Assembly (NCBI GenBank): GCA_964352255.1
Contig: CAYGQR010000009.1
Coordinates: forward strand, 3,000 to 66,999
Length of the DNA: 64,000 nucleotides
From: an uncultured Oligoflexia bacterium
GTDB lineage: Bacteria; Bdellovibrionota_B; Oligoflexia; Silvanigrellales; Silvanigrellaceae
Reading direction: 5' to 3'
A program made the position numbers and the translations under genes. Below the pieces are notes generated by a model. The model was not told the DNA's origin, searched no databases, and was given only the letters and a program-made list of their open reading frames with translations. Below are positions 52,292-62,751 of this stretch, one piece after another (position 1 is the first letter of the stretch; every line of letters starts with the position of its first letter).

Positions 52292-53286
52292 AATATTTTT
52301 TCTAACTGTAAAATAATTTCTGCTAATGAAAGATTATCAGCATGAAGCGCTTTGTGACGCGGATCATGCACTGGAGTCCAATTTTTGGGATTAATATTTT
52401 TAAAAATTGTAACTGTAGGAATTTGAGCTGCACAAGCAATATGCTTAGGTCCACCATCGTTTCCTAGATAAGCTTTGCACGACTGTAAAACACCGTATAA
52501 ATGACGAATATTGATAAAATCATAATCGATTAAAATTCTTTTGTCATCTTGATATTTTTTAGGGAGTAATTTCAATACATTATACGCTAACTCTTGCTCA
52601 CCAGGCCCATATAAAAACAAAATTTGTTTGTTTTTCTCTAATAAATACACAACGATTTTTGCAAAATTTTCTGCGCCCCAAATTTTATAGTCTCTTCTTG
52701 AAACCGGATTTAAAGCAATTGTATCTGCACTAGAAACACAGTATTTCTTAGTAAATTGTTTAACAAATTTTTGTTCAGATTCTGTTAAAAAAATGTCTAA
52801 ATCTTGTGAGTACTCTAGTAATTTTTTTGGGACTAAATCTGCGCGACCCGTCTTTTTTAGCCATTCAGTAAAAAAAAGTAGTTTAGAATACACTGTGTAA
52901 TGAAAAGGGTTTTGAGATTCATTAATTATTTTTGTAGAAAACACGCCGCCATAGCGCTTACGCACAGCATAATATTTATTTGCACACAATATTTGTGTTA
53001 ATAGCACTGATTTATTATGACTCATCAAATCAAATACAACATCAATATTTATTTTCCGTAAATTAAAATAAAATTTTAATTGAGAAAACCAAGAGCCCTT
53101 TTGAGGAATAGTATGAATTTTATGGATATATGGATTGTTTAATAAGACTTTAGAGCAAAACTCTGTAGTGACAAAATGAATTTCGGCATTAGGCAACTGC
53201 ATTTTGATTGCACGAATTAAAGGCGTACAAAGTAACACGTCACCTATTTGTTTGGGTTGGTATATGAGAATTTTCTTATTTTGCAC
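52288..53286 (-). CDS. Glycosyltransferase family 9 (heptosyltransferase-like)
   Basis: IGDVLLCTPLIRAIK, NPYIHKI, YLGNDGGPKHIA, PTVTIF. Confidence 0.9.
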   Translation of the reverse strand: MQNKKILIYQPKQIGDVLLCTPLIRAIKMQLPNAEIHFVTTEFCSKVLLNNPYIHKIHTIPQKGSWFSQLKFYFNLRKINIDVVFDLMSHNKSVLLTQILCANKYYAVRKRYGGVFSTKIINESQNPFHYTVYSKLLFFTEWLKKTGRADLVPKKLLEYSQDLDIFLTESEQKFVKQFTKKYCVSSADTIALNPVSRRDYKIWGAENFAKIVVYLLEKNKQILFLYGPGEQELAYNVLKLLPKKYQDDKRILIDYDFINIRHLYGVLQSCKAYLGNDGGPKHIACAAQIPTVTIFKNINPKNWTPVHDPRHKALHADNLSLAEIILQLEKIL

Positions 53287-53352
53287 AAAAAATCCCGACT
53301 GCCCGTAGATAATTATTCACAACCCCAGAGAAGGAAAAATGATTTTATTTCA

Positions 53353-54486
53353 TTATTTCATTGTATTATTGATAGCAACAGTAGAGCCGCCTTCAATTTT
53401 ACTTTGCCCTGCATCTACTATAATATCGCCAGATTCTAATCCTTCTGTAACAACAGCTAGGTTTTCTCTTTTATCGCCCGTTTTTACAAAAACTTTTTTA
53501 ACTTTACCAAGCAGAAATCCATTTTTATCTTTTGATTGAATAGATTTACCATCTTTCTTCTCAGTGTTTAAAGTCACTAAAAAAGCGCTTTCTCCATACA
53601 GAGTATAGCTTAATGCAGTTTGAGGAACGACGATTTGATTCTTTTCCATTGGCAACAGAACATCTACATCTACAAACATTCCAGGTAGAAGTGTTTCTTC
53701 AACGGGCTCTAAAGCTGCCTGCACATCAATTGTGTGCGCATCATCACTAAACTGACTGTCAAATGCAGTGATTTTAGCTTTAAATGTTTTATTTGGATAC
53801 GTATCTACATTGATATTAACAATTTGATCGAGTTGAATTGCAGAATAGTCTTTTTGTGATACAGAAAAAGTAACATAAAGAGCATTCACTGTTTGCAAAC
53901 TGACACATGTTTGCCCAACAGAGATAAACTGGCCAACTTTAATTTGCGAAATACCCACTTTGCCAGCAAATGGTGCTTTTAGAAGTTTTTTATCTTTAAT
54001 GGCAACTAAATTATTATAATTTGCGCGAAGCTGTTTCACTAAAGATTCGGCATCGTCGTAGGCGCCTTGAGAAACTGCTTTTTTCTCTAATAAACGAGAA
54101 TAACGTTTTAATGTAAGTTCAGCATTGCGAAGCTGTGCTTCCATACTTTGTAATTGTGCGGCTTCAGTAGAATCGTCGAGTTGAATTAATTTTTGACCTG
54201 CTTTTACATTTTGTCCAGATTCAAAATAAATTGCTTTTACACGTCCTGACACTTCTAGACTTAAATCAATTCCTTTATATGCCGATATTTCACCAACAGC
54301 AGGTAGGATTGGCTGCCAATCTTGTGCTTTTACTGTAATTGTTGAAACAACCTGTGGCGGCATTTGAAAGTTTGTAAATATTCGTTTCATAATGACGGAT
54401 TTGGTTATATTAAAAGCAAGTACGCCCCCAAAAACAACAACTAAAATAACAATTGCAATGATCCACGGTTTTTTATTTGATTTCAT
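53353..54486 (-). CDS. RND efflux periplasmic adaptor (membrane fusion protein)
   Basis: N-terminal TM; lipoyl-like EVSGRVKAI..SGQ.VKAGQKL; APFAGKVG; LLPGMFV; GLESGD.IV..G. Confidence 0.9.
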   Translation of the reverse strand: MKSNKKPWIIAIVILVVVFGGVLAFNITKSVIMKRIFTNFQMPPQVVSTITVKAQDWQPILPAVGEISAYKGIDLSLEVSGRVKAIYFESGQNVKAGQKLIQLDDSTEAAQLQSMEAQLRNAELTLKRYSRLLEKKAVSQGAYDDAESLVKQLRANYNNLVAIKDKKLLKAPFAGKVGISQIKVGQFISVGQTCVSLQTVNALYVTFSVSQKDYSAIQLDQIVNINVDTYPNKTFKAKITAFDSQFSDDAHTIDVQAALEPVEETLLPGMFVDVDVLLPMEKNQIVVPQTALSYTLYGESAFLVTLNTEKKDGKSIQSKDKNGFLLGKVKKVFVKTGDKRENLAVVTEGLESGDIIVDAGQSKIEGGSTVAINNTMK

Positions 54487-57299
54487 ATAAACGCAGATTC
54501 CTTTTGTGTAAGAGCGGCATGGATCACTTTTTTCTGCTCGCTAATGTGTTTTTTCTCAAAGCCAACTGCTGGAGTTGCACGCGCAGAACGACCAAAATAA
54601 TGTAATTTATTTGAAGTCATTTCTTCAACAATTGAAGCTAAATTTTCACGTATGTGTGAATATGCACCCATGTTTTTCGGTTCTTCTTGAACCCAAGCTA
54701 AAACTTTTACTTTTTTATATTTTTTAACAATTGCCTTAACCTGCTCTGTATGGAGTGGATAAAGCTGTTCAATACGCACGATTGCAACTTTTTGATTAAA
54801 CTCTTTATACTCTTCAGTTTCAAGGGCATCAAAAATATCTAATGCTATTTTACCACTACAGAACAAAATACGCTCAACTGTATGGGCAGCAATAATACAA
54901 GCATCATCAATCACTTCTTCGAACTGTGAATTTGCCAAACTTTCAACTGTTGTTGCAGCTCTTTGACTCCGCAAAAAGCTTTTAGGAGTCATAATAATGA
55001 GTGGTTTACGAAAATTACGTTTCAGTTGCCGACGTAAAGCATGAAAAATTTGGTTTGCATGTGTTAAATAACACACTTGCATATTTCCGTTGGCACAAAG
55101 CTGTAAAAAACGCTCTAAGCGTGCGCTAGAATGCTCAGATCCTTGACCTTCTAAACCGTGCGGCAACAGTAGAACTAACCCTTGTTGCTGACGCCATTTT
55201 GTTTCACCAGCCGCAATAAACTGATCGATTATGACTTGTGCGCCATTTGCAAAATCGCCAAATTGCCCTTCCCAAATAACAAGAGTATCGGGTGATGATG
55301 TTGCATATCCATACTCATATCCCATCGTTGCTTCTTCAGAAAGTAAGGTATTAATAATTTCTACTTTAACATCTTTTGATTCGTTCACATTAGAAAAGAG
55401 ACAAAACTCGTTTTCTGTTTCAATATCAACGATAACGGCATGCCTATGAGAAAATGTACCGCGTTGCGTGTCTTCGCCAGTAAGACGAATTGAAAAACCT
55501 TCTTCAAGCAATGTTGCATAAGCAAGAGATTCTGCTGTTCCCCAATCAAGTGCTTTTTTACCTTCAAGCATTGCAGTACGCTCTTGAATCACTAATCTTT
55601 CAATTTTCGGATTGATCTTAAATGATTCAGGATATTTTAAAAATTTCTTTGCCACTGCATTTAGCGATTTAAGGCTGACTTTTGTATCGACTGGAGCAAG
55701 AATGTCTTTTTCAAATGCAATATCAAGTTTGGAAGGTGCTCTGGATGATGTAAATTGCTCTATTTGTGTATTTTCTTTTTTTACTTGTTCGTAAACAGCT
55801 GTCATCTCATTACGATAATCTTGATAAATTGCTTTTAGATTATCTGCGGCAAACACCTTATTATCAATGAGTTGTTTTGCGTATGTTTCATAGGGTGCAG
55901 GTTTTGTTTTAATCAATTTATACAATACTGGTTGCGTAAATGAAGGTTCATCGCCTTCATTATGACCAAATCGTCTAAAACAAATAAGATCGATATAAAT
56001 ATCTTTTTTAAATTCTGCACGATAACGTGCGGCAAGTTTCATCACTTTATGAACAGCTTCTAAATCGTCTGTATTAATATGAATAACAGGCGATCCTGTA
56101 ACATAAGCTACATTTGTGCAGTATGTTCCACTACGTGCATCAAGTGGATTTGTTGTGAATCCTATCTGATTATTTGCAACAACATGAACTGTACCACCCA
56201 CATTATAACCACGTAACGACATTAGCTGAGCAGATTCGTATACAATCCCTTGCCCTGCAATTGCAGAATCGCCATGAAATAATAAAGGAGCAATTTTAGA
56301 ACAATCAGAATTATAATATTGATTTTGAATGGCACGAGTTTCGCCCATAACAACTGGGTCAACATATTCTAAATGACTTGGATTAAAGGACAAGCCAATA
56401 CGAATATCGGTTCCACTGCGTGTTTTACGATCAGATTCATAGCCATTGTGATATTTAACATCTCCATCCCCAACAAAATTTTCGCTTGCGTTACCTTCAA
56501 ATTCTGCAAAAAGCTGGTCCAAAGGTTTTTTAATAATATTCACAAGAAAATTTAAACGGCCACGATGTGCAATACCAATACGAAACTCTTTTGCACCAAG
56601 CGCTGTTAATTCATCCATATAGGACTCAGCAGCAACAACTTGAGCATCTGCGCCTTCAATACTAAAACGTTTTTTACCAATATATTTGGTTGCAATTGTT
56701 TTTTCTAGAGCATCGACTTTAGCGAGTTCTGAATAAATATGTTTTTGTGTGTCTGTATTGATTGAATCGTTCTGTAAATTAAAAAACGCTGAATACAACC
56801 ACTCACGTTCTTTAATATTTGCAACATGTTCAAATTCTACAGCAACACTAGAACAAAATAGTGATTTTAAACTTGTGATCAGTTGATTCACTGTTCTTGC
56901 ATCTGAAAATCCGCACAGTATTCCTGCATGCGTTTCGCATGAAAGGTCTTCTTGATTTAATCCATAAGACGCAGGATTAAAAATTTCTTCCCGCTCATCA
57001 GATGGTAAAGAATGAGCTTCTGACACATCTGGAGATAATGGATTTAGATGGGCGTTAAAGTGCCCAAAATTTTTGTACGCAAGCACAAGTTTAGCAACTG
57101 ATAACTCAAATTGAATGCCATATATATTTGTAGAGCCTGATTGCCCGCCAATTTTACAGCCATCAAAAAAGCCACTAAAATATGCTCGCCATTCCGCACT
57201 GACACTATCAGGATTGGACTGAAACTTTGTAAACACATCTTCAACATAAGCGGAATTCAATTGATAAATGTTAGCAAAGCTTTTCTGATTTGAACTCAT
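54483..57299 (-). CDS. sucA: 2-oxoglutarate dehydrogenase E1 component
   Basis: KRFSIEGAD, AHRGRLN, GDVKYH, NPSHLE, HGDSAIAGQG, RRFGHNEGDEP, LLPHG.EGQGSEHSSARLERFLQ. Confidence 0.97.
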   Translation of the reverse strand: MSSNQKSFANIYQLNSAYVEDVFTKFQSNPDSVSAEWRAYFSGFFDGCKIGGQSGSTNIYGIQFELSVAKLVLAYKNFGHFNAHLNPLSPDVSEAHSLPSDEREEIFNPASYGLNQEDLSCETHAGILCGFSDARTVNQLITSLKSLFCSSVAVEFEHVANIKEREWLYSAFFNLQNDSINTDTQKHIYSELAKVDALEKTIATKYIGKKRFSIEGADAQVVAAESYMDELTALGAKEFRIGIAHRGRLNFLVNIIKKPLDQLFAEFEGNASENFVGDGDVKYHNGYESDRKTRSGTDIRIGLSFNPSHLEYVDPVVMGETRAIQNQYYNSDCSKIAPLLFHGDSAIAGQGIVYESAQLMSLRGYNVGGTVHVVANNQIGFTTNPLDARSGTYCTNVAYVTGSPVIHINTDDLEAVHKVMKLAARYRAEFKKDIYIDLICFRRFGHNEGDEPSFTQPVLYKLIKTKPAPYETYAKQLIDNKVFAADNLKAIYQDYRNEMTAVYEQVKKENTQIEQFTSSRAPSKLDIAFEKDILAPVDTKVSLKSLNAVAKKFLKYPESFKINPKIERLVIQERTAMLEGKKALDWGTAESLAYATLLEEGFSIRLTGEDTQRGTFSHRHAVIVDIETENEFCLFSNVNESKDVKVEIINTLLSEEATMGYEYGYATSSPDTLVIWEGQFGDFANGAQVIIDQFIAAGETKWRQQQGLVLLLPHGLEGQGSEHSSARLERFLQLCANGNMQVCYLTHANQIFHALRRQLKRNFRKPLIIMTPKSFLRSQRAATTVESLANSQFEEVIDDACIIAAHTVERILFCSGKIALDIFDALETEEYKEFNQKVAIVRIEQLYPLHTEQVKAIVKKYKKVKVLAWVQEEPKNMGAYSHIRENLASIVEEMTSNKLHYFGRSARATPAVGFEKKHISEQKKVIHAALTQKESAFI

Positions 57300-57309
57300 A
57301 CATCCTTAC

Positions 57310-58620
57310 TCACTCTTCAGGTAAAAAGAGTCTTTCTATATCTGCATCATAGACTAATAAATTTGAGTGTCGACACCATTTTAAAAGTGTTTGAAATTGT
57401 ACATAATGATCTTCAAAAGGAAGCATTGTTACAATCTGCTGAATGGCAATGTCTGATGCAAGGCCATTGTCACCCGCATTTTTTACTAATTCATAAATAG
57501 TAGAGATTAGCGGAAGATTCAACATAGCTTTTTGCATAATTGCAGCTCGGGTATCGGGATCGGGCTCATTTGCAAAATTTCTGCCCTCTGCAGTTAAAAC
57601 AACCAAGACTCCTGGGGTTGTAATAAATCCAAGAGTTTCACTAGCAATAACAGTAGGAACAATTTGATCGACGCTTTGTCCCATTTCTTCACAAAGATCA
57701 TAAAGATCTTGTTCTTCAGATTCTGTGCTTAAACGTGACAAAAGACCTTCTACAAGAGTAAGGTTAGCATTAATAAGTGGTTTTAATTTACGAGGCGTAG
57801 GAGCACCTTCTTTTTTGACAATTGCATCTTGTTCAGCTTCATCGAATCTATCTAAGTGCAATTTACCGAACGAATTTTCAAGCTGCTCTAAAATTTCTTG
57901 AAATTCTTTCGAATTGACTAACCTAGGACGCGGTAAATTTACTTCAATAGTTGTAAAAACTGTGCCTGGGTTCGACGTTAAGATTACAATACGATCGGCA
58001 AGTTGTAAGGCTTCATCAAAATTATGAGTAACCAAAACACTTGCGCGTACTTTACGATTTGGATTTGCCCAAATACGCACGATTTCGGCTCTTAACGACT
58101 CTGCAGTTAAAGGATCAAGTGCAGAAAAAGGCTCGTCCATAAAAAGAATCATTGGATCTGCAACCATTGCACGCGCATAACTAACACGTTGCTTCATTCC
58201 ACCACTGAGCTCTTTTGGGTAAGCATCTTCAAAACCACGTAACCCAACCATTTGAATCACTTGCTCAATACGTTCTTCTTGCTCTTGTTTAGGAATTTTA
58301 ACTATAGAAACAGCTATATTCTCACGAATTGTCATCCAGGGAAATAAGGCAAAACTTTGAAAAACAAATGCGTTTGAATGCGAATGCCCTGAAAGAACTT
58401 CTTTATGAACAACGCTACCTCTGTCTGGCTTTAATAAACCCGCCATGCATCGCATAAGAGTGGATTTTCCTGATCCAGAAAGGCCAACAATTGCAAGCAA
58501 TTCGCCGTCTTTGAGCTCTATATTAATGCCTTCTAAAACTGTAAACATATTGCCGTTAGGACGACGAAAATCTTTGCTCACAGATTGCACAGAAAGGAGG
58601 ACTTTTTTCTTATTTAGCAT
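57310..58620 (-). CDS. Nitrate/sulfonate-type ABC ATP-binding protein with C-terminal extension domain
   Basis: GLSGSGKST, FQSFALFPW, LSGGMKQRV, LFMDEPFSALD, VTH; probable start ATG 58620 coupled to the permease stop (track start 58662). Confidence 0.9.
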   Translation of the reverse strand: MLNKKKVLLSVQSVSKDFRRPNGNMFTVLEGINIELKDGELLAIVGLSGSGKSTLMRCMAGLLKPDRGSVVHKEVLSGHSHSNAFVFQSFALFPWMTIRENIAVSIVKIPKQEQEERIEQVIQMVGLRGFEDAYPKELSGGMKQRVSYARAMVADPMILFMDEPFSALDPLTAESLRAEIVRIWANPNRKVRASVLVTHNFDEALQLADRIVILTSNPGTVFTTIEVNLPRPRLVNSKEFQEILEQLENSFGKLHLDRFDEAEQDAIVKKEGAPTPRKLKPLINANLTLVEGLLSRLSTESEEQDLYDLCEEMGQSVDQIVPTVIASETLGFITTPGVLVVLTAEGRNFANEPDPDTRAAIMQKAMLNLPLISTIYELVKNAGDNGLASDIAIQQIVTMLPFEDHYVQFQTLLKWCRHSNLLVYDADIERLFLPEE

Positions 58621-60347
58621 CACTCTTTTACCTTTTCTGTATACTCGTGTAAGGTGTACCAAACAGTTCTATTAATCACTACTAATACAATAACAACACA
58701 AATAATAGCAGCAATTAGCTTAGGATAGTTTCCTGTAGCCGTTGCATCTGCCATTTCTGCACCCACACCAAGCGTACGCATTGTTCCGCCAGGATAGTAT
58801 ACAATTTCTGCAACCATACTCGCATTCCAGGCTCCACCTGCTGCTGTAATCCACCCAGTCGTTAAGGACGGCAAAATAGCAGGAAAATAAAGATGACGAA
58901 ATTTTTGAAAGAGGGAAAATTCATAAACATTAGTAACAAGAGTTAAATCGGCATTTATACGAGACGCCCCGCCCATTACATTAAATAAAATGTACCATTG
59001 GCAGCCAACCGCCATTAATATAGTTGCATCCCAAAACGGAGGTACAATTGGGTGTAACACCATTACAAGTAGGGGAAACACAATTGGAGCTGGAAATGAA
59101 GCTAAGTTCTGAATAATAGGCTGCAAAAATTTTTCTGCTTTTTTATTAAGGCCAAGCCAAATACCAACTGGAATTGTCCATAAACTGCTTACCACCAAAA
59201 CAATAAGCACTTTAAGCCCAGTAACAAGCACGGCACCCATTACAAAAAACCAATCGACTGTTGCAAGAGCAATCATAGACTGGCCAATTGCCGTCATTTT
59301 GGGCAGCAAAAAGAAAATCAAAACCGCTGTAAAAAATGGAGCTCCTAATTTAAGCCATTCGTAATTTCTTTTGTTTTTATGCCGTTTTTTTTTCGGGGAT
59401 TGAAGAGAAGTTTTATCAATTAATGATTTAACGTTTTCGCGGATAAACTCTGAAAACTTATCTAAAAACAAACTATTAGGGCCAACACTATACTCACCAC
59501 CAGGCTGAAAACGACTCGACCAACTCACAAGAGGACGCCACAACAAAAAATTTGTCCCTAAAATCATCAGAAGAAGAACTGAAAGCGCCATTGTAAAATT
59601 AAAATACATTTGGTTTGACAAAGTAGAGGCAAGGTAACTGCCAATTCCTGGTACCAAAAATTCTCGATTCCCCAATGTAAATGCTTCACAAGTGGTTATA
59701 AAGAACCAGCCACCTGCCATAGACATCATCCCATTATAAATTAATTGTGGGTAAGCATTGGGAATTTGAATATAAAAAAAACGTTGAACGGTAGAAAGTT
59801 TATAAATATCTGCAACATCAATAAATTCTGATTTAAGATTTTTTTGTGCTTCGTAGTATGCAAAAGCAAGATTCCAAACCTGGCCTGTAAAGATAGTAAG
59901 CAAAACGGCAATTTCAAGACCCCACCGTGTGTTGTGAAATATTGAAATCATTCCAAGAACAAATCCGGGCAAAAAAGCAATTACTGGTAAACTCTGGCAC
60001 ACATCTAGAACAGGAATTAAAATACGCTCCCAGGTTTTACTACGAGCGGCTAAGCTACCGTAAATAATAGCAAAAATATAACTAAAAAAAAGAGCTATCA
60101 AACTTCTAATGAAAGATAAAAGCGCATAATTTGGAATTGCCCCAAGCGATTCATCAATAATAGCACGTTCTAAATAAGGACGACTGGCAGTCGAATGAAA
60201 GTTAATAAGGCCAATGCCTAAAATAATCGAAACAAAAACAATTAAAATATCTGCACGAAAAAAGGCAGATTTATTTGGTTTTGAATTTTTCTTGTCCACA
60301 AACATAAACTTTACCACGTCTGGGAAAATGAATTTTGAAACTTTCAA
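58620..60347 (-). CDS. ABC transporter permease with two fused TM domains
   Basis: PVLDVCQSLPVIAF, GQVWNL, MSMAGGWFF, second repeat SFPAPIVFP, GGAWNAS; start could be 60305. Confidence 0.88.
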   Translation of the reverse strand: MKVSKFIFPDVVKFMFVDKKNSKPNKSAFFRADILIVFVSIILGIGLINFHSTASRPYLERAIIDESLGAIPNYALLSFIRSLIALFFSYIFAIIYGSLAARSKTWERILIPVLDVCQSLPVIAFLPGFVLGMISIFHNTRWGLEIAVLLTIFTGQVWNLAFAYYEAQKNLKSEFIDVADIYKLSTVQRFFYIQIPNAYPQLIYNGMMSMAGGWFFITTCEAFTLGNREFLVPGIGSYLASTLSNQMYFNFTMALSVLLLMILGTNFLLWRPLVSWSSRFQPGGEYSVGPNSLFLDKFSEFIRENVKSLIDKTSLQSPKKKRHKNKRNYEWLKLGAPFFTAVLIFFLLPKMTAIGQSMIALATVDWFFVMGAVLVTGLKVLIVLVVSSLWTIPVGIWLGLNKKAEKFLQPIIQNLASFPAPIVFPLLVMVLHPIVPPFWDATILMAVGCQWYILFNVMGGASRINADLTLVTNVYEFSLFQKFRHLYFPAILPSLTTGWITAAGGAWNASMVAEIVYYPGGTMRTLGVGAEMADATATGNYPKLIAAIICVVIVLVVINRTVWYTLHEYTEKVKE

Positions 60348-60389
60348 GTAATTCTAGCAGTATTAAAAAAACTGATCTAGGATTCAAGT

Positions 60390-61451
60390 ATGAAAGATAA
60401 TGCAATTCTAAGTAAAAAAAGAAAAAACGAACACATCCACATTTGTCAAACACAAATGGTGGAATCTCATGGTGTGCATGAGTGGGATTCGATTACTCTA
60501 CATCCAGAAGCACTACCCGAGTGCGACTATAATAGTATTGATACCAAACAAACCTTTTTAAACACAAGGTTTTCTTTCCCCATTTTTGTAACGGGAATGA
60601 CGGGTGGCGTCAAAAACGGCAAAGAAATTAATTCAATTCTCGCAAAACTTTCTGAAAAGTACAATATTCCCATGGGACTTGGCTCCCAAAAAATGATGCT
60701 TCTGGACCCAAAATGCACTTCTTTGTTTGATGTTAAACAAGAAGCTCCTAATGCCTTTGTCATTGGTAATATTGGAGCCGTTAGCTTTAATTACGGAATT
60801 ACAAGCACACAAATTGTTGAAAATCTTATAAAACCTCTGAATTTAAATGCTTTTGCCTTACACCTTAATCCTTTACAAGAATGCATTCAACCCGAAGGCG
60901 AAAGAAATTTTTCGAATTTATTGAAACAAATCGAGTTATTAATTAAAATCTCACCCGTACCAATTGTTATTAAAGAAGTGGGTTCTGGAATTTCGCCCGC
61001 CATATTTCAAAAACTTTTAGATGTTGGAGTTTCTACCATTGATGTTAGCGGTCGTGGTGGCACAAGTTGGGGTGTTATTGAAGGCCTTCGTAGCGATTCT
61101 CATGCGCAACGTTTAGGCGAACTCTTTAGAAATTGGGGCCTTACCACTAAAGATGCGCTTTATAAAGCTCTCGAACAAAAACACAAGGCTCAATCTTCTG
61201 TTGAAATTACAGCTACTGGAGGCATTCGAAATGGCCTACATGTTGCAAAAGCCTTGGCAATGGGCGCAACAATGTGTGGCGTAGGGCTGCCTTTTTTTAA
61301 AGCAATTGTTTCGCCCACTGAGAACCTTGACCCGTTTGAATCTGTTGAAAACGAATTTCTCTTTTTTAAAAAAAGCTTAGAAATCAGTATGTTTTGTTCC
61401 GGATCTAAAACAATTAACGAACTATCTGGAAAATATTTTGATAAAGGTTAA
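60390..61451 (+). CDS. fni: Type 2 isopentenyl-diphosphate isomerase
   Basis: RKNEHI, LHPEALPE, TGMTGG, GSQ, HLNPLQE..QPEG, KEVGSG, GGTSW, TGGIRNG. Confidence 0.95.
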   Translation: MKDNAILSKKRKNEHIHICQTQMVESHGVHEWDSITLHPEALPECDYNSIDTKQTFLNTRFSFPIFVTGMTGGVKNGKEINSILAKLSEKYNIPMGLGSQKMMLLDPKCTSLFDVKQEAPNAFVIGNIGAVSFNYGITSTQIVENLIKPLNLNAFALHLNPLQECIQPEGERNFSNLLKQIELLIKISPVPIVIKEVGSGISPAIFQKLLDVGVSTIDVSGRGGTSWGVIEGLRSDSHAQRLGELFRNWGLTTKDALYKALEQKHKAQSSVEITATGGIRNGLHVAKALAMGATMCGVGLPFFKAIVSPTENLDPFESVENEFLFFKKSLEISMFCSGSKTINELSGKYFDKG

Positions 61452-61456
61452 AGAAA

Positions 61457-62734
61457 ATGGATACACAACCCCTTAAAACTCAAAATTTATCCTTATCAGC
61501 ACTTAAAAGTAGTCGCATTCTTGGCTTTGCAAAAATGAGCCCTCAAGAACGTATTGAAGCACTTATTTCAAATAATATACTTAATCAGTCCGATGCTGAT
61601 GCGTTTTCTCCTAAAGGATCGCTCGATGCAGAAAGTGCCGAAAATTTTATCGAAAATTGCATTGGTACATTTACATTACCTCTTGGTATTGCAACAAATT
61701 TTTTAATTGATAATGAAGAAATTTTAGTGCCAATGGCTGTCGAAGAATCAAGCGTTATTGCTGCCGCAAGTTTTGGTGCCAAACTTGCTCGTCATTCAGG
61801 GGGGTTTGTTTCAAATCCCCCTCGCACAATCTCAACCTGCCAAATTCAATTTTTTGTAACTTCTGCCGTGAATGTACAAGAATTAATTTCAGAAAAATTC
61901 AAAGAAAAAATTTCAGAAATTTGTAGCACATCATTCCCAAAACTACTTCAAAGAGGCGGTGGCATTTATGATATCGAATTACGAAATCTAAACAAACCCG
62001 GTTATTATGTTCTTCATATTCATGTTGATACCTGCGAAGCAATGGGCGCAAACATTGTAAATACAATAGCAGAAAATGTTGGGCTCATTATGCCCGATTT
62101 TTTCCCTTGCTCTGTTGGTTCTAAAATTCTTACAAATCTTGCACTCCATCGTGTCACAACCGTAAAATGTGAAATCGACTTTAAAGATCTTGCCCGTGGA
62201 AATTTTTCTGGTGAAGAAGTTGCAAATAGAGTGTGTGCGGTTTATGAATTTGCCGATCTCGATCCGTTTCGAGCAACTACGCATAACAAAGGTGTTATGA
62301 ATGGAATTGATCCAATCGTAATTGCCACTGGCAACGACTGGCGTGCAGTAGAAGCAGGTTGCCATGCATATGCTTCTTTGTCTGGCACATATAAACCTTT
62401 AACAAAGTGGTTTATTAATCATAAAAAGAAATTACAGGGCGAAATTACAATGCCCATTTGTGTAGGCACTGTTGGCGGAGTTACACGATTACATCCAAGT
62501 GCTAAAGCAAGCTTAAAAATATTGGGCTATCCAACATCTGCAAAACTTTCTGTTATTATGGCTAGTGTTGGTTTAGCACAAAATTTATCCGCGTTACGTG
62601 CATTGGGCTGTGAAGGAATTCAAAAAGGCCATATGGCTCTTCACGAAAAAAACCTTAGCATGATGCGTCAGTATGATAATATGCCTGTACTACCCATTAC
62701 GCCGAATCACCAATCGGATTCTGATACTCATTAA
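61457..62734 (+). CDS. mvaA: Class II HMG-CoA reductase
   Basis: ENCIG, PMAVEESSVIAA, RGGG, EAMGAN, THNKGVMNG, GNDWRA.EAG.H, GTVGG, GIQKGHMALH. Confidence 0.95.
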   Translation: MDTQPLKTQNLSLSALKSSRILGFAKMSPQERIEALISNNILNQSDADAFSPKGSLDAESAENFIENCIGTFTLPLGIATNFLIDNEEILVPMAVEESSVIAAASFGAKLARHSGGFVSNPPRTISTCQIQFFVTSAVNVQELISEKFKEKISEICSTSFPKLLQRGGGIYDIELRNLNKPGYYVLHIHVDTCEAMGANIVNTIAENVGLIMPDFFPCSVGSKILTNLALHRVTTVKCEIDFKDLARGNFSGEEVANRVCAVYEFADLDPFRATTHNKGVMNGIDPIVIATGNDWRAVEAGCHAYASLSGTYKPLTKWFINHKKKLQGEITMPICVGTVGGVTRLHPSAKASLKILGYPTSAKLSVIMASVGLAQNLSALRALGCEGIQKGHMALHEKNLSMMRQYDNMPVLPITPNHQSDSDTH

Positions 62735-62751
62735 TTTTTTGGATATAACCC

